Shown: one piece after another, positions 20,190-32,760 of the stretch | Numbering within the stretch: the first letter of the stretch is position 1 | How the letters are laid out: the number at the start of each line of letters is the position of its first letter | The notes under the pieces: model-generated | Database searches by the model: none | Told to the model about the DNA's origin: nothing | The model's input: the letters and a program-made list of their open reading frames with translations, nothing else | Assembly (NCBI GenBank): GCA_937625935.1 | Contig: OW569371.1 | Coordinates: 1-64,000, forward strand | From: Tetramitus jugosus | Lineage: Eukaryota > Protista > Heterolobosea | Length of the DNA stretch: 64,000 nt | Direction of reading: 5' to 3' | Position numbers and translations under genes: made by a program

Positions 20190-20750
20190 ATGTCGACGAT
20201 CGATGCTCTCATCACCACACTCCAATCCCTTATCATCTCTGATTCGAGAAAGGTTTGCGTACGTTGCCGAAGTAAACTTGGTTATCTGCACAATGGAAAG
20301 ATCATTTGTGATGCCCGAACGTTCACCAGTTTGAATGAGTTCGGTGTTTTTGCTTACGGTTCTAAGTACAGGAGTATATCTAGTGTGCAATATGATTTGA
20401 TTACTTTTGAATGTGATAATTATAGAGTAACCTATTCTGATATAAAGCAAAAAGTGACGCTGCAGCGAGGCAGAGCATCAGAAAACTTAAAGCTTATTGA
20501 ACAATATATCAAAGAATACTCTGCAACAATGAAAGATCGTCATAAGGAACTTCAAAATGCAGAAGATTCTGATTCAGATACAGACGAGGAACACGATGAT
20601 AAGCATCCACTAATTCGAACAGGCACTGGTCATGAAACTCTACGACATAGAAAACAGCAACACAACAGACTCGTAGAAAACAACACTAATAACGAACCAC
20701 TGCATTCAAACATGAACACCCAGCAGAAACACAACAAACAAACACCATGA
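20190..20750 (+). CDS. RAMA-like domain protein with an acidic/low-complexity tail
   Basis: ATG 20190 is in host-like context (AAACAAAAAC-ATG). LGYLHNGKIICDARTFTSLNEFGVFAYG resembles the RAMA consensus G.L..dG.I...g..F.SpS.F. Confidence 0.5.
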   Translation: MSTIDALITTLQSLIISDSRKVCVRCRSKLGYLHNGKIICDARTFTSLNEFGVFAYGSKYRSISSVQYDLITFECDNYRVTYSDIKQKVTLQRGRASENLKLIEQYIKEYSATMKDRHKELQNAEDSDSDTDEEHDDKHPLIRTGTGHETLRHRKQQHNRLVENNTNNEPLHSNMNTQQKHNKQTP

Positions 20751-21300
20751 GTGATAACATCAATAATAATCCAGTACAGTTTGCTTTCAAGCACAACTAC
20801 GACTTCAAGAACCAAATCAATACCTACTGCATCATCGATATGCAACTGTATAATGCTGGACTTATGAAAGGACTATATGGTGACTACTATCGCTATCCCA
20901 GTGTGGCAACAGACGGTCGTTTTGACACCCCAAGAAACAATGAGCAATCAATTCATCTCAAGTAGCAGAATTTAATTTATTCCAGCATCCAACAATGGAT
21001 ATGGTTATTTCACTTGGAATGACAACCTACCACTCTAGATGACTCGCTAGTGTGCGTTCAATAAATTGTACAGTTTCCAATGAATGTAAAAAATCATATA
21101 TTGAAGTTCCCCATCCTAATCACAATTGGTTGATTACATTTGACAGCTATATCCAAAAGTGTACGGCTTCTTACAAGCGTTTGTAAGATTCACGAAACTG
21201 AAAAATGTAGAGACACCAATTTGTCTAATTGGTGATCCCCTTTCCAATATTCTGAGAGAGGATGGAATGGGTCACTATGTGAAAAGGAAGCTGCAACATT
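20747..21300 (+). pseudogene. Decayed ORF starting with an ATGA overlap on the RAMA-like gene
   Basis: A 72-aa ORF (20747-20965) is followed by protein-like fragments with stops (e.g. QLYPKVYGFLQAFVRFTKLKNVETPICLIGD). Confidence 0.3.
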
Positions 21301-21431
21301 AATTCAACCAAATTCTAATCGAAGCGATGTGCACGCAATTCATTGGTACGAGGAATATAAAGCCTTGGGGGGAACGATATTTTTTCGGACACTAGGGCAT
21401 CTGTCTCTACTGTCTCTGCTTGTATCTAGGA

Positions 21432-23597
21432 TCAGTCTTTTGTGTCAGAGCGATTTCGTTGAATCATCTGCATTGATTGCACAATAGAGCATAATCCTCG
21501 CAAGACTAAACTTCGTTTCCGAGAGTGTCCTCCAATGTGTATGATGCCAACAAGTTCAGCCATTGCTTGTCGCACAGTCCTCTGAAACTTCAACACAATT
21601 TCATCTCTCGTCCTGACTAACTGATGATTCGTTTCCAATTCGTTTCGAATAAAATATATTCTCGAGTTACTGGTATTAAACTTAGTTTCCAACTCGGCTG
21701 CATATCTCTCACCAAAATGTGCAACGAACCCAGCGCTATTGAATATCATCTCCAGATGTTGCATAAAGTTACTCGCAGAAGCATTCAACCTACTCACTCG
21801 AGGATCAAATCTCTGCATTTGTTCTGTGATATCCCTACAGGGATTCAGTACAGATTTTACTAACATCGAATCGACTCTATCCATATCAAATTCAAACTCA
21901 ATGAAAGCTACTATTGCTAAATCCTTTGTGAGACACTTAATCGCTAGCTCTCTAATTCCTTTTTCAGTTGTATTATCTATATAATTACTTATCGTTGTTT
22001 TCAGTGCCCCAAAGTCCAATTTCTGTTTGTGGAGCATCAAAACCCACTCAAGTTCTTGTTTCATAAGGGATAGTAAATCATATATGATAGTGTTGCTTGC
22101 TAACATATGGATGATACGAACAGTTATGAGGGATCTAGTTGCATAAAATAGAGCGCACTGACGGATCTGAGACCAACGATATCCTCGCAGTTGTCTACTC
22201 TCTCCAGCTATTTTGGACCATAGTGATCGTAAGTGTCGAGATTTCAGTGCTATTCCACATGTGTGAAGGCACCAATGTTCGAAAGTATCATCCTTCGTGT
22301 TATCAATACAGTTCTGAATGTAGTTTACCAGCTGGAAATGCAAACCGAACCCCGGAGGTTGCTCATAGCGGCTATAGAATAACAGCATATGGTCATGCAT
22401 GTTGTTCAATATCTGCTGGTAGGTAATGTTAGCCAGTGTGGACACTGAATAAAATATATTTTTCATGTTAATTTGTATGCGTTTCTCCCTATGCTCCAAA
22501 TTGGTTGACTGTGCAATCAGTGATGATCGAATATTTAATAAAAACTTGCCCGTGTACTGGCTTGTTTCCTTCTTTGTCGTCTTTTCGTATTCCATTTTCT
22601 CATCACGTATATTAGATGAACTTAAACTAATCTCCTGGTCCGGAACAGGTACTAGACAATCAATCACATCAGAGATAGAATCAATCTTTACAGACAAAAG
22701 ATCTCGTAATTGACGCGAATGTTTCGTGCACATGTTAACCTCTCGATTGCAAGCATGTACATATACCAAAAATAGGGATCCACTATAGTCGCTAATATCA
22801 TATTGAAATAGAATCTGAATGAGCACTGTTTCCAGATATCTAATACACTTGAAGTAGACGAGCTCTTCTAAAACACTGTCAAAATGTTTCTCAACCGAAC
22901 TCGTGATACATTCTTTCCACATAGAAAAAGCGTCCCAAACCAATGTTCGAACAGGTGATCTATAGTTTGCACAATTGGGTATCTGAATTCTGCTCCATAT
23001 ATCGTGCAATCTCTTACAAAATACTAGCAACCTCATGACCGTAATCGATTTCATTGTCAAGTAATGCACAGGAGCTGCATATCCATACTTTGTACTTAAA
23101 GAACTCGGCAGAATCACATATCTGATAAATTTGAACCTCCATCTGGTCAGCATACGTCTCAAAATACGATCCATGAGCAATTTTCTTACAAATAGTAATG
23201 GTAATAATGCATTATTCATTTGATTTAGGTTGTGATCAAAATTCTGTTCCAATAGACGCAACAGATGATTGCTCTGAAGCATAGAACGAGAGAAACGATG
23301 GATGGCATGCACAAATGGGATCACATGTGCATTGGTGATGGACAAGTTTATATAAGTCAGATGAATGCACTTCAACTCTCTCTCCAGCTTTTTCCTTCGC
23401 TTTCGAAACATGTATGACAATGAACGATTAGGTAATGAACTCAACAACGCCCAACACTCCTGAAATGACACCCGAATTGAATCATCTTCTATCACCCGAG
23501 CATTTAATTGATCATCTCTGTTGGTAATCAAACTTTTGAGATGGAAACTGAGAGAGATTTGGAGGAGATCAGCATTTGATCTGTCCTTGTCGTTCAT
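21432..23597 (-). CDS. Helical hypothetical protein, possibly TCP11-like
   Basis: About 720-aa open frame with likely start ATG 23597 (MNDKDRS). Weak resemblance to TCP11 in EKRIQINMKNIFY..YQQIL and the C-terminal VAHFGERY. Confidence 0.65.
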   Translation of the reverse strand: MNDKDRSNADLLQISLSFHLKSLITNRDDQLNARVIEDDSIRVSFQECWALLSSLPNRSLSYMFRKRRKKLERELKCIHLTYINLSITNAHVIPFVHAIHRFSRSMLQSNHLLRLLEQNFDHNLNQMNNALLPLLFVRKLLMDRILRRMLTRWRFKFIRYVILPSSLSTKYGYAAPVHYLTMKSITVMRLLVFCKRLHDIWSRIQIPNCANYRSPVRTLVWDAFSMWKECITSSVEKHFDSVLEELVYFKCIRYLETVLIQILFQYDISDYSGSLFLVYVHACNREVNMCTKHSRQLRDLLSVKIDSISDVIDCLVPVPDQEISLSSSNIRDEKMEYEKTTKKETSQYTGKFLLNIRSSLIAQSTNLEHREKRIQINMKNIFYSVSTLANITYQQILNNMHDHMLLFYSRYEQPPGFGLHFQLVNYIQNCIDNTKDDTFEHWCLHTCGIALKSRHLRSLWSKIAGESRQLRGYRWSQIRQCALFYATRSLITVRIIHMLASNTIIYDLLSLMKQELEWVLMLHKQKLDFGALKTTISNYIDNTTEKGIRELAIKCLTKDLAIVAFIEFEFDMDRVDSMLVKSVLNPCRDITEQMQRFDPRVSRLNASASNFMQHLEMIFNSAGFVAHFGERYAAELETKFNTSNSRIYFIRNELETNHQLVRTRDEIVLKFQRTVRQAMAELVGIIHIGGHSRKRSLVLRGLCSIVQSMQMIQRNRSDTKD

Positions 23598-23718
23598 CGG
23601 AATTTTTGTCGGGAAGAAGCGACAAATTCCCAAAAAATTTAGAAATTGTTGTTTTCTCATACTAAAAATCAAAAAAACTTCTCTTTGAACACAATTGACA
23701 CAAACACAACGAAACAAC

Positions 23719-25833
23719 ATGGATACTGACTTTGCTGACTTGAATTTCCTGAATGACGAAGAGGAAGGAGACCAAGAGGAACTTGAATCTGTCAAGGAGG
23801 TGAGTTCATGATTTTGCCATTGTTTTTTTTAATACTTCTTCTGGTCAATTGTTCTCAGACCGCAACAACAACATATACTTACTGACACACAAATAAATGG
23901 ATTGAAACAATCACAACAATAGGAGTTTCAATCAGACAGAGATAGCATACTCATTCTAATTGATGCCAATTTAAGTATGTTTCAAAAGAATATGAAACAG
24001 CAGGAAGAAGAACAGCAGGAAGGAGGCTCTCATAGTAATAGCAATGAAGAATTACAGATTCCATTCCTTCATGCTGTCAAGTGTGCTGCTCAAATCTATT
24101 GTGATAAGATTGTTGCTGGCAATGATTTGATGGGAACTGTATTTTATGGAACGGACAAGAGCAAAAATCAGTTTGATTTTAACAATGTTTATATTTATCA
24201 TGATGTCGATGTGCCCGATGCAGATCGTATCAAACAATTAGAAGCACTCAGTAAGAGTAATAACGAACAAATTGAAAAATTGTATGGGCATGCATCGAAG
24301 AAAGGATCGTTGCATGATGCTCTCTGGACATGTCAACATTTATTTTCCCACGTGCCAAAGAATGTTGCCTTCAAGAGAATCTTTTTATTCACAAACGATG
24401 ATGATCCATTTGAAGCTGGTGATGCAAACATACGAAAGAAATGTTTGGAGAGAGCGAAGGACTTGATGGAGTCAGATATTATGCTTGAACTGTTCGTATT
24501 AGGCTCAAATAATTCCAAATTTGATCCCTCTCTATTTTGGAGTCATGTAATCTATCGATCCGATGATGAGTACACTGGACAAATTTATATTGATGGAGCT
24601 AGATCATTTCAACAACTTTTGGAAGGTGTAAAACAAAAGAGCTATACAAAAAGAGTTCAATCGTCATTCGAACTTGAGTTGATACCATCGAGAAAAGATG
24701 CCAGTGGATCAACAATACCTGCTGTATCCATGTCAGTAAATATGTATTCGCCCTTCGTCCGAGTCTCTCTACCTCAGCGTACTCTCCTCGAGGCTGAGAC
24801 AAATAAGCCAATCGTCCGCTCTACAAGGTATGTGTGCCCGCTTACAGGAGCAGAAGTCCAGCACTCAGATCTTTTAATGGCTTCAACTTATGGTAAGCAC
24901 AAAATTGGGTTCACAGAGAACGAGATCAAACAAATTGAAAACTTTGGAACAAAAGGAATTAAATTGTTGGGTTTCAAGCCGCGAAGTAGACTCAAGATAT
25001 ATCATAATGTGAAACCCTGTGGATTTCTTTACCCGACAGATGCAAACATCTCGGGCAGTTATTCGGCCTTCTCTTCCCTCCACAAGAAGATGCTTGAAAT
25101 GAATCGCATTGCTATATGCAGGGAAATAGCCAGAGATGGCTCCTGTCCACAACTAGTGGCATTAGTGCCACAAGAGGAGAAGGTGGATCCGGATGATCAT
25201 GAAACACAAACTCAACCACCTGGATTCAATCTTATCTATCTCCCATATGTCGATGATATGCGAGATACAAGCAGTATTCCTTTCGAACAAGCCACAGTAT
25301 TACAAAAACAAATTGACAAGGCGAAAATTATGATCAAGAAGCTCAATGTTGATATGGCTAACACAGAATTTGATAATCCTTCAATACAGAGACATCGTGC
25401 CATTGTGACTGCATTGGCCCTCGATCGTGATAATGTTGCTGAATATGTGGATCACCTACAACCAGATCTCGAAGGCATGCGCAAGTATCAAGCAGAAATG
25501 GATGACTTCAAGCAATCTGTTCTCCCATCTGACTACGCACCAGAACCTGCTGCCAAGCCCAAGAGAAAGAAGACCGATAATTACACACCTAAATACCCCA
25601 AGTATGAACCAGATAGAAAGAAAGCCAGAATGGATGTTGACCTGTCAGACTCAGAGCGTGAAGACGAACCGATTGACATGGTGTCTTTAGCCAAGAAGAA
25701 CCAAATGAACAAATTAACAGTACCAGTTCTGCAAGAATTTTGCAAGGTGTACAACATCAAGCCCAAAGGCAAAAAGAAAGCAGACATTATTGAAGCCATT
25801 CTGGGCTTTTTGACGGAACACAAAAAAATTTAG
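23719..25833 (+). CDS. XRCC6: Ku70 DNA end-binding protein
   Basis: Exon 1 23719-23799, GTGAGT...TAG intron 23800-23922, exon 2 23923-25833. vWA RDSILILIDAN, KRIFLFTNDDDP, LLGFKP, PPGFNLIYLPYVDD and a C-terminal SAP domain. Confidence 0.95.
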
Positions 25834-25938
25834 ACGGCAGTTTTTCGTAAAATTGACATCTCCAACGATCATCTTTCTTCACATTTTGGCGCCACCGTGG
25901 AGATCTCTCTTTTCACACAACACCTCGAACAAAAAAAA

Positions 25939-26730
25939 ATGAAAGCAATCAAGAACTTGTACCTGTTTCTGTACAATGCCATCTTAACTGGAGGATGGGC
26001 CTATTTGTTATTCCTCGTTGTTGATCACTACTTGAATCAACGTGACCCTCAATTGCTCTATGTTGTTGTTGAGAAGCCATTGAAACTTTTCCAAACATTG
26101 GCCATCATGGAAATTGCTCACTCCATTTTCAGACTCGTACCAAGTCCAGTTGGTACAACTGTTATGCAAGTTTGGAGCAGATTGTTTGTTGTTTGGTTTA
26201 TTATTGACTTGCCAGAGGCATACACTGTATGTATTTCAACACACACGGATATGTGTTTTTTTTAATCTCATGTGTGAATGTACAATTTGAGGAATTAATC
26301 ATCTTACTTACACACAACATTGTTGTATCCACTGCCACTCCTATAGGAGTTCCAAAGCTACTTTATTGCAACTGTTTTGATCGCATGGAGCATCACTGAA
26401 ATCATCAGATACAGTTTCTATGCTTTGAAGTTGTATGATATTTGCCCTTATGTCCTAGTGTACTTGCGTTACACATTGTTCTACGTCTTGTACCCATTGG
26501 GTGTCGGTAGTGAATTGGCTCTGATCTTTTTCAGATTGTCCTATTACAAGAAGCACAGACCATTCTCCTATGATATGCCAAATGAGATCAACTGGAGTTT
26601 TGATTCGTATATCTTTGTCTGGTTGATGATTTTGGGTTACATTCCAGGATTCCCTCAATTGTTCAACTACATGAGAGTGCAAAGAAAGAAGGTTTTGGCT
26701 CCACAGGTTCCAAAGACCAAGCAACAATAA
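25939..26730 (+). CDS. HACD: Very-long-chain 3-hydroxyacyl-CoA dehydratase (PTPLA/PHS1/PAS2)
   Basis: Exons 25939-26226 and 26347-26730 (GTATGT...TAG intron, phase 0). Motifs FQTLAIMEIAHS, QVWSRL, AWSITEIIRYSFY, LRYTLFYVLYPLGVGSE and MRVQRKK. Confidence 0.95.
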
Positions 26731-26952
26731 AGTGATTCACAGACATGTAGATGAAGTAACGGAACAAAATTTTCCAGGTGGAGAAATGGGCATTTTCATT
26801 CCACCGACATCTGATAGATGAATTTTCCGCACTGCCCCAATCAAGATCAAGATCTTTTTTCAGCCCGTGCGGAACGATTTTTCATTTCCAATCATCGTAA
26901 AAGCGTTTGAGATCACCACAGCAACGAACACAACAACCATAAAAAAGCGAAG

Positions 26953-29861
26953 ATGGCATCACCAAACCCATATGAACAAACCATTGTAGAAAAGATTAGT
27001 GACACTCACAAGATCTATAGCTTGGCCAAGTTGGCTGAGAAGGATGAACGTGTGAATCGATTGCCACACTGTATTAGAGTGTAAGTCTATCTTTTGTGTT
27101 ATCATGTTGTAGTTGTCAGTTGTCACAGTTTTATTCTTCTTCATCTTTATGAATGATTATTGTTGTTATTGACACACATATTCCTTCTATTGTGTTCCTC
27201 TGTGCTCTCGATATGCTCATTTGATCAATTTTTCGCAGTCTTCTGGAGTGTTGTTTGAGAAACTGTGATAACTTTACTGTGACTGAACAGGATGTTGAGA
27301 AGATTTTGGATTGGGAGAAGACTTCATTGAATGAAGTTGAAATTCCATTCAAGCCTGCTCGTGTACTTATGCAAGATTTCACTGGTGTTCCAGCTGTTGT
27401 CGATTTGGCCGGAATCAGAGATCAAATGGCCGTTCTAACAGACAAGGAACGTGCTCAAACAATCAATCCACTTGTGCCAGTCGATCTGGTCATTGATCAC
27501 TCTGTTCAAGTTGATGCCTTCCGTTCTCCCGATGCACTCAAATTCAATGAACAACGTGAATTTGAAAGAAATTATGAACGTTTCAAGTTCCTCAAGTGGG
27601 GAAGCAAGGCATTCAAGAATTTCCAAATTGTTCCACCTGGCTCCGGTATTGTTCATCAAGTCAATTTGGAATATTTGGCTCGTGTCGTGTTCGAGGCATT
27701 GGCCGACTCTGGTGCCGAAGTGAAGGAGCACTCGGAAGAAGTTGCTGACAAACTGAAGGTTCTGTATCCTGATTCCCTTGTTGGTACGGACTCTCACACT
27801 ACCATGATCAACGGTCTCGGTGTTCTTGGTTGGGGTGTCGGTGGTATTGAGGCTGAGGCAGCCATGCTTGGACAACCAATTTCCATGGTGTTGCCAACTG
27901 TTGTCGGTTACAAATTGACTGGTACTTTGCAAGGACAAGTCACCAGCACTGATCTAGTGTTGACCATTACTGAAAATTTGAGAAAGTGTGGCGTTGTTGG
28001 TAAGTTTGTCGAATTCTTTGGTGATGGTGTCAGTCAATTGAGCTTGGCTGATCGTGCTACTATTGCAAATATGGCACCTGAGTGTGGTTCTACTTCCAAC
28101 TTCTTCCCTGTCGACGAAGAAACCTTGAAGTATTTGAGACAGAGCGGTAGAAGCGAGTACAAGGTAAAGCTTGTTGAGGACTACTTTAAGGCTATGGGCA
28201 TGTTCAGATCTGAGAAGGACAATTTGATTAGATACTCTCAAACATTGGAATTGGATCTCTCTACCATTCAACCTTGCGTTGCTGGACCAAAGAGACCACA
28301 TGACCGTGTCACCGTCGCTAACTTGAAGGAAGATTTTAACAAGTGTATGAGCAACAAGAGAGGATTCAAGGGATTCGAGATTCCAGCCGAAGAACACGAC
28401 AAGGTTGTTCAGTTTGACTATGAAGGAAAGACCTATGATCTGACTCATGGTGACGTCGTCATTGCGGCAATCACAAGTTGCACAAACACTTCCAACCCTA
28501 GTGTCATGATCGCAGCTGGTCTTTTGGCTAGAAAGGCTTTGGAACACGGTTTGGAAGTTAAGCCATACATCAAGACATCCCTCAGTCCTGGCTCTGGTGT
28601 CGTTTCCGAATATTTGAACAAGTCTGGTCTTCAAGAAGACTTGAACAAGTTAGGTTTCGGAGTTGTTGGTTATGGTTGCATGACTTGTATTGGAAACTCT
28701 GGTGAGCTTCCACAACCAGTGAATGATGCGATTGCAAACAATAATCTTGTATGCACTTCCGTTCTGTCTGGAAATCGTAACTTTGAGGCTAGAGTTCACC
28801 CATTGACCGCTGGTAACTACTTGGCATCTCCTCCATTGGTCGTTCTGTATGCTTTGGCTGGTAGTGTCAAGGTTGATTTCGACAAGGAACCAGTTGCTTT
28901 GAACAAGGAAGGAAAGCCTGTATTCTTGAAGGACATTTGGCCAACAAGAGAAGAAGTGCAAAAGGCTGTTGATCAAAATATTGATCCACAAATGTTCCAA
29001 AAGGTTTATGACAATGTCAAGAAGGGAACTGAGTCATGGAACAGTTTGCAAGTCACTGAATCCACCACTTACGAATGGGACAACAAGTCCACCTACATTC
29101 ATGAGCCTCCATTCTTCAAGGGAGTCAAGAAGGAGATTGACTCCTACAAGCCAATCAAGAGTGCACGTCTCTTGTTGAACTTGGGTGACAGTATCACTAC
29201 AGATCACATTTCCCCTGCAGGTAACATTTCCATCAAGTCAGATGCTGCAAAGTTTTTGATGGAAAGAGGTGTTGATCGTAGAGATTTTAACACTTATGGT
29301 GCCAGAAGAGGTAATGATGAAATTATGGTGAGAGGTACCTTTGCCAATGTAAGATTGTTGAATAAGATTGTGGGTCAACCTGGTCCATTGAGTAAGCATT
29401 TCCCAAGTGGTGATGTTGACAGCATCTTTGAGACTGCTCAAAGATATAAGCGTGAAGGAACTCCTGTTATTGCAATGGGTGGTGCTGAATACGGATCTGG
29501 AAGCTCTCGTGATTGGGCTGCAAAGGGACCATATTTGCTCGGCATTAAGGCTGTCATTGCAATCAGCTTCGAGAGAATTCACAGAAGCAACTTGGTTGGT
29601 ATGGGAATTCTGCCATTCCAGTTTAAGACTGGTGAGAATGCTGATACACTTGGTTTCACAGGCGAGGAAACGTTCGACATTGATCTCAGCGGAGTTCAAC
29701 TTGAGCCAGGTATGGATGTCGCTGTTAAGGTATCTGGTCATCGTAATAACTTGCAAGAGTTTAAGGTTACCCTACGTTTGGATACCTTGCCAGAAATCGA
29801 GTACTTTAAGCACGGAGGTATCTTGTGCTATGTCCTGAGAAGATTGGCATCCCAACAATAA
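26953..29861 (+). CDS. ACO1: Aconitate hydratase, AcnA/IRP1 type
   Basis: Exon 1 26953-27080, intron 27081-27238, exon 2 27239-29861. Motifs [46 protein letters not shown] and [12 protein letters not shown]. No evident mitochondrial presequence. Confidence 0.97.
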
Positions 29862-29896
29862 GACATAAAAAACAAGTTTATTTAGTTTATGTCAAG

Positions 29897-30163
29897 TTAT
29901 TCTTCACATAGATCACGGCGAGGGCAATAGAGTTCAACAGCAGTTTTAGGAGGTTCCCTGGCAGCATGAACCCTCTCAAGTTGCTTTTTGCCTGATTCTA
30001 TGATATCAAAGAGATCCCTTTCAGCGACACTGTCAATGAACCTCTGAATATCCCACTCTTCGACATGAACATCCACAGCAGCAAATATTTTCTTGATATC
30101 TTCTACCTCAGGGAAAGGATTGCCTCCAAGAATGGCGAGAAAGTAAGCAGCAATTATCTTCAT
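29897..30163 (-). CDS. 60S acidic ribosomal protein P2-like, lacking the conserved C-terminal motif
   Basis: MKIIAAYFLAILGGNPFPEVEDIKKIFAAVDV...DIIESGKKQL matches the P2 N-terminal dimerisation domain. The protein ends ELYCPRRDLCEE. Confidence 0.75.
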   Translation of the reverse strand: MKIIAAYFLAILGGNPFPEVEDIKKIFAAVDVHVEEWDIQRFIDSVAERDLFDIIESGKKQLERVHAAREPPKTAVELYCPRRDLCEE

Positions 30164-30314
30164 TTCGGTTTCAGTTGTTTGTTCTGTTTTGTTTTTTGTT
30201 TTGTTCTGGTAAGTGGAACTTGCTGTTTCAGAAAGGGTCTGACGCGCGTCAATCCAGGAAATGAACTGGCCAGAGTCTGATGTGCTGAAATTGTTTATTG
30301 TCCTGTATTCGGTG

Positions 30315-32540
30315 TTAATTCTTTGCATGATGCAACAACACCTCTAAACTCTCCAGCACATCAAATCTTTTGGCCATCGTTGTCTGCACACCTCGAACCT
30401 TCAATATATGACAAATATTCACATTTAACAAAAATACAGCTTGATAGTACTTTGGTTTCTCGCTGGCTCTCATAATAAATAATGGAAGTAACAGTTTTTG
30501 ATCATTGATGTCATCATCTCTCACAAAACTTCGACTGGCCATGGGAAACACTTGGAACTTCAACGGAATTTGATACAGTTTAGACAGAATACGAATGCAC
30601 TGGCAAACGAATCCAAGAGCACTCGCAGCTTCATCATCCGTACTCAGTTGGTCATTCTTATAAATAGAAAGGCCATTGATTGTCCAGTATTTGCCTGTTT
30701 TGTCTCGGGTCACTTCAAAGCATTGAGCAACCAGACTTGCAATCTGTCTCTGTCGTCGTTCACACCGATTCACAATGATGTCCAACTGTGATCGTAACTT
30801 TGGAATCTTTGCATTTTCGTGCTGCATCAGCGTAGCAGAGTATTGATTGAGAGAGTGGCATGAACTTGTTAATTGATCCAAATGGTTCATAATATACTGT
30901 GATTTGACAAGTTGATGCTTTCTCTTCTTTTGAATTGCGAGGAACGACTGCTCGTGAACACATTGCAGTTTTTCAATGCGATTCTTCTTGTTTTGAATCT
31001 GTTGTTTCAATAGTCGAATTCTTTCTCTCTGTTGTATCGTTTGTTCAATTGTTTGTTTCAATGCAAGACTACTCTCTTGCTCGGCATTGATTCCATACTG
31101 GATACCAACGAGCCTAATCACAATGAAGAATTTTCACCGGGTCATATCATACGCAGTAGCAACAACAATAAAGTGTGAGTGACAACAAAGACAATCTCAA
31201 AACGGATGAATAATCATCGTTCAATAATAACGACACACACCTTCCAATCATGTTTTCCAATTGATTTAACGTTATAAAATGATGCACATTGTCCAGATTG
31301 GGTATTGGTTTCAAATGAACAGACGGAGATTGTGCAGGTGTCAATTCATTGCTGCTCAATGCAGAGTAACCAATGAGCATTTGATGAGCAGTCTCTCTCG
31401 TAATAAATATACCATCAGCAAATTCTAAAAAGACACAGTTCAATGGAAATCTCTGTGCCACCATGTTCATCATCTACAACAAGTTAAGTAATAATCAATT
31501 CAATTGAATATCGAATAATAATATATTAGAATAAGGGGCAATCATCCAAAGAAAAAATAAGGAAAAAAAATAGAAAAATATTACAAAAATTTGACAATCT
31601 CATCTCGTACATTAGGTCCAACAAACACCACATCAGACAAATCGCATGTCATTTGTACAATGGGCTGATAAAAATCAACACTTGTTTGCACAATATTATC
31701 GTCAATCTCATCACTCTTCTTATCTTGACTATCAACACCAATTAGGCTATTAATCGATGAATCCAAACTACTACTACTACTACTACTGCTGCTCTTGTTA
31801 TACACTGAATTTTTCATATTGATAGTATTGTTTTTCATTGTTGCATTTGTCGGTACTGTATATTCCTTTTGAATTTTCAAATGAAATGTTCGTGCTTTCA
31901 ACAGTGAATCATATTGAGTCGATTGTTCATATTGTTTAGTTGCTGTTGATTCAAAATAATCATCTCTATCATGTTGTTGTTGTTGTTGTTGTGATACTGC
32001 ACTTTCTTTTTCATCATCGTCTGTTATTGTTTGTTGTTGTTGATTCATCTTTTTTTGAATGGTTGATGAAGCCACATTTGATGATGATGATGATGATGAT
32101 GATGCAGTAGTAGTGGATGAGAGTTGAATGACAAATGTAGCATTGATTGTAGAGTCAATATCATACTCTGCTGAACATGAATAAAGATATCCTTGATCAT
32201 CATCATTATCATGATAACCATCATCACCACTACTACTACTACTACTATTATTATTATTATGATCATTATTGTTATGATTATGATTGTTGTTGTTGTTGTT
32301 TGAAACTTGAATGGATAGAATCAGAGAAGAATACAGTAATGGTTGTTGGTAATTGTTGTTCTTACTTAGACTCGTACGACTACTACTACTATTATTATTA
32401 TTATTGTTCGAACATGGTGACTTGTTGTTGTCAGATGAATTTGAATTTGAAGTTGTAGTTGTTGTTGATGAGAGACCGACTTCGATGTGTCTCAGATGAA
32501 CACATTTCAAATTGCGTAATCTCCGTCTATTGTGATTCAT
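30315..32540 (-). CDS. UVRAG: UVRAG/Vps38-like PI3K complex II subunit
   Basis: Exons 32540-31611, 31473-31241 and 31113-30315 with GT-AG introns. N-terminal RRRLRNLK.V.LR, a coiled coil, and ALGFVCQ..ILSKLYQIPLKF..MASRSF..LPLF..AVFLLNVNI. Confidence 0.8.
31765..32470. repeat. Trinucleotide microsatellites encoding poly-S/N/Q tracts
   Basis: (CTA)n, (TTG)n, (GAT)n and (TTA)n runs inside UVRAG exon 1. Confidence 0.85.
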
Positions 32541-32760
32541 TTATTGATATGTATGGTTGGTTGGTTGTCACAAACAACAACAACAACAATCGGATGATGT
32601 TCTTCTCTGGGGTTGTCTCTTGTTTTGGTTTCTTCCAAAGTGTCAATTGGACAGAAAAAACCGGAGTATATCGTCATCGCTCTGTTCTGAAAATCGATCC
32701 CGCCAAAAATTGGATCCAATTTCTCCTCGATGCCCGAAAAACAAAAAGAAAAAGAAATTC

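Noticed and set aside
11300-21400. Definite endogenous giant virus or Polinton
   Set aside because: No capsid, A32 ATPase, PolB, protease or integrase motifs were recognised; kept only as an alternative hypothesis.
802-21400. Alternative genetic code explaining the in-frame stops
   Set aside because: Intact genes in the same zone and the core genes terminate at TAA, TAG and TGA, and the broken frames also contain frameshifts, so decay is the simpler explanation.
23719-25833. Ku70 near the telomere or the transposase as a functional linkage
   Set aside because: It is an ordinary intron-containing core gene among unrelated housekeeping genes; proximity alone is not evidence.
26731-26952. Iron-responsive element upstream of the IRP1-like aconitase
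   Set aside because: No CAGTGN-loop hairpin is present.
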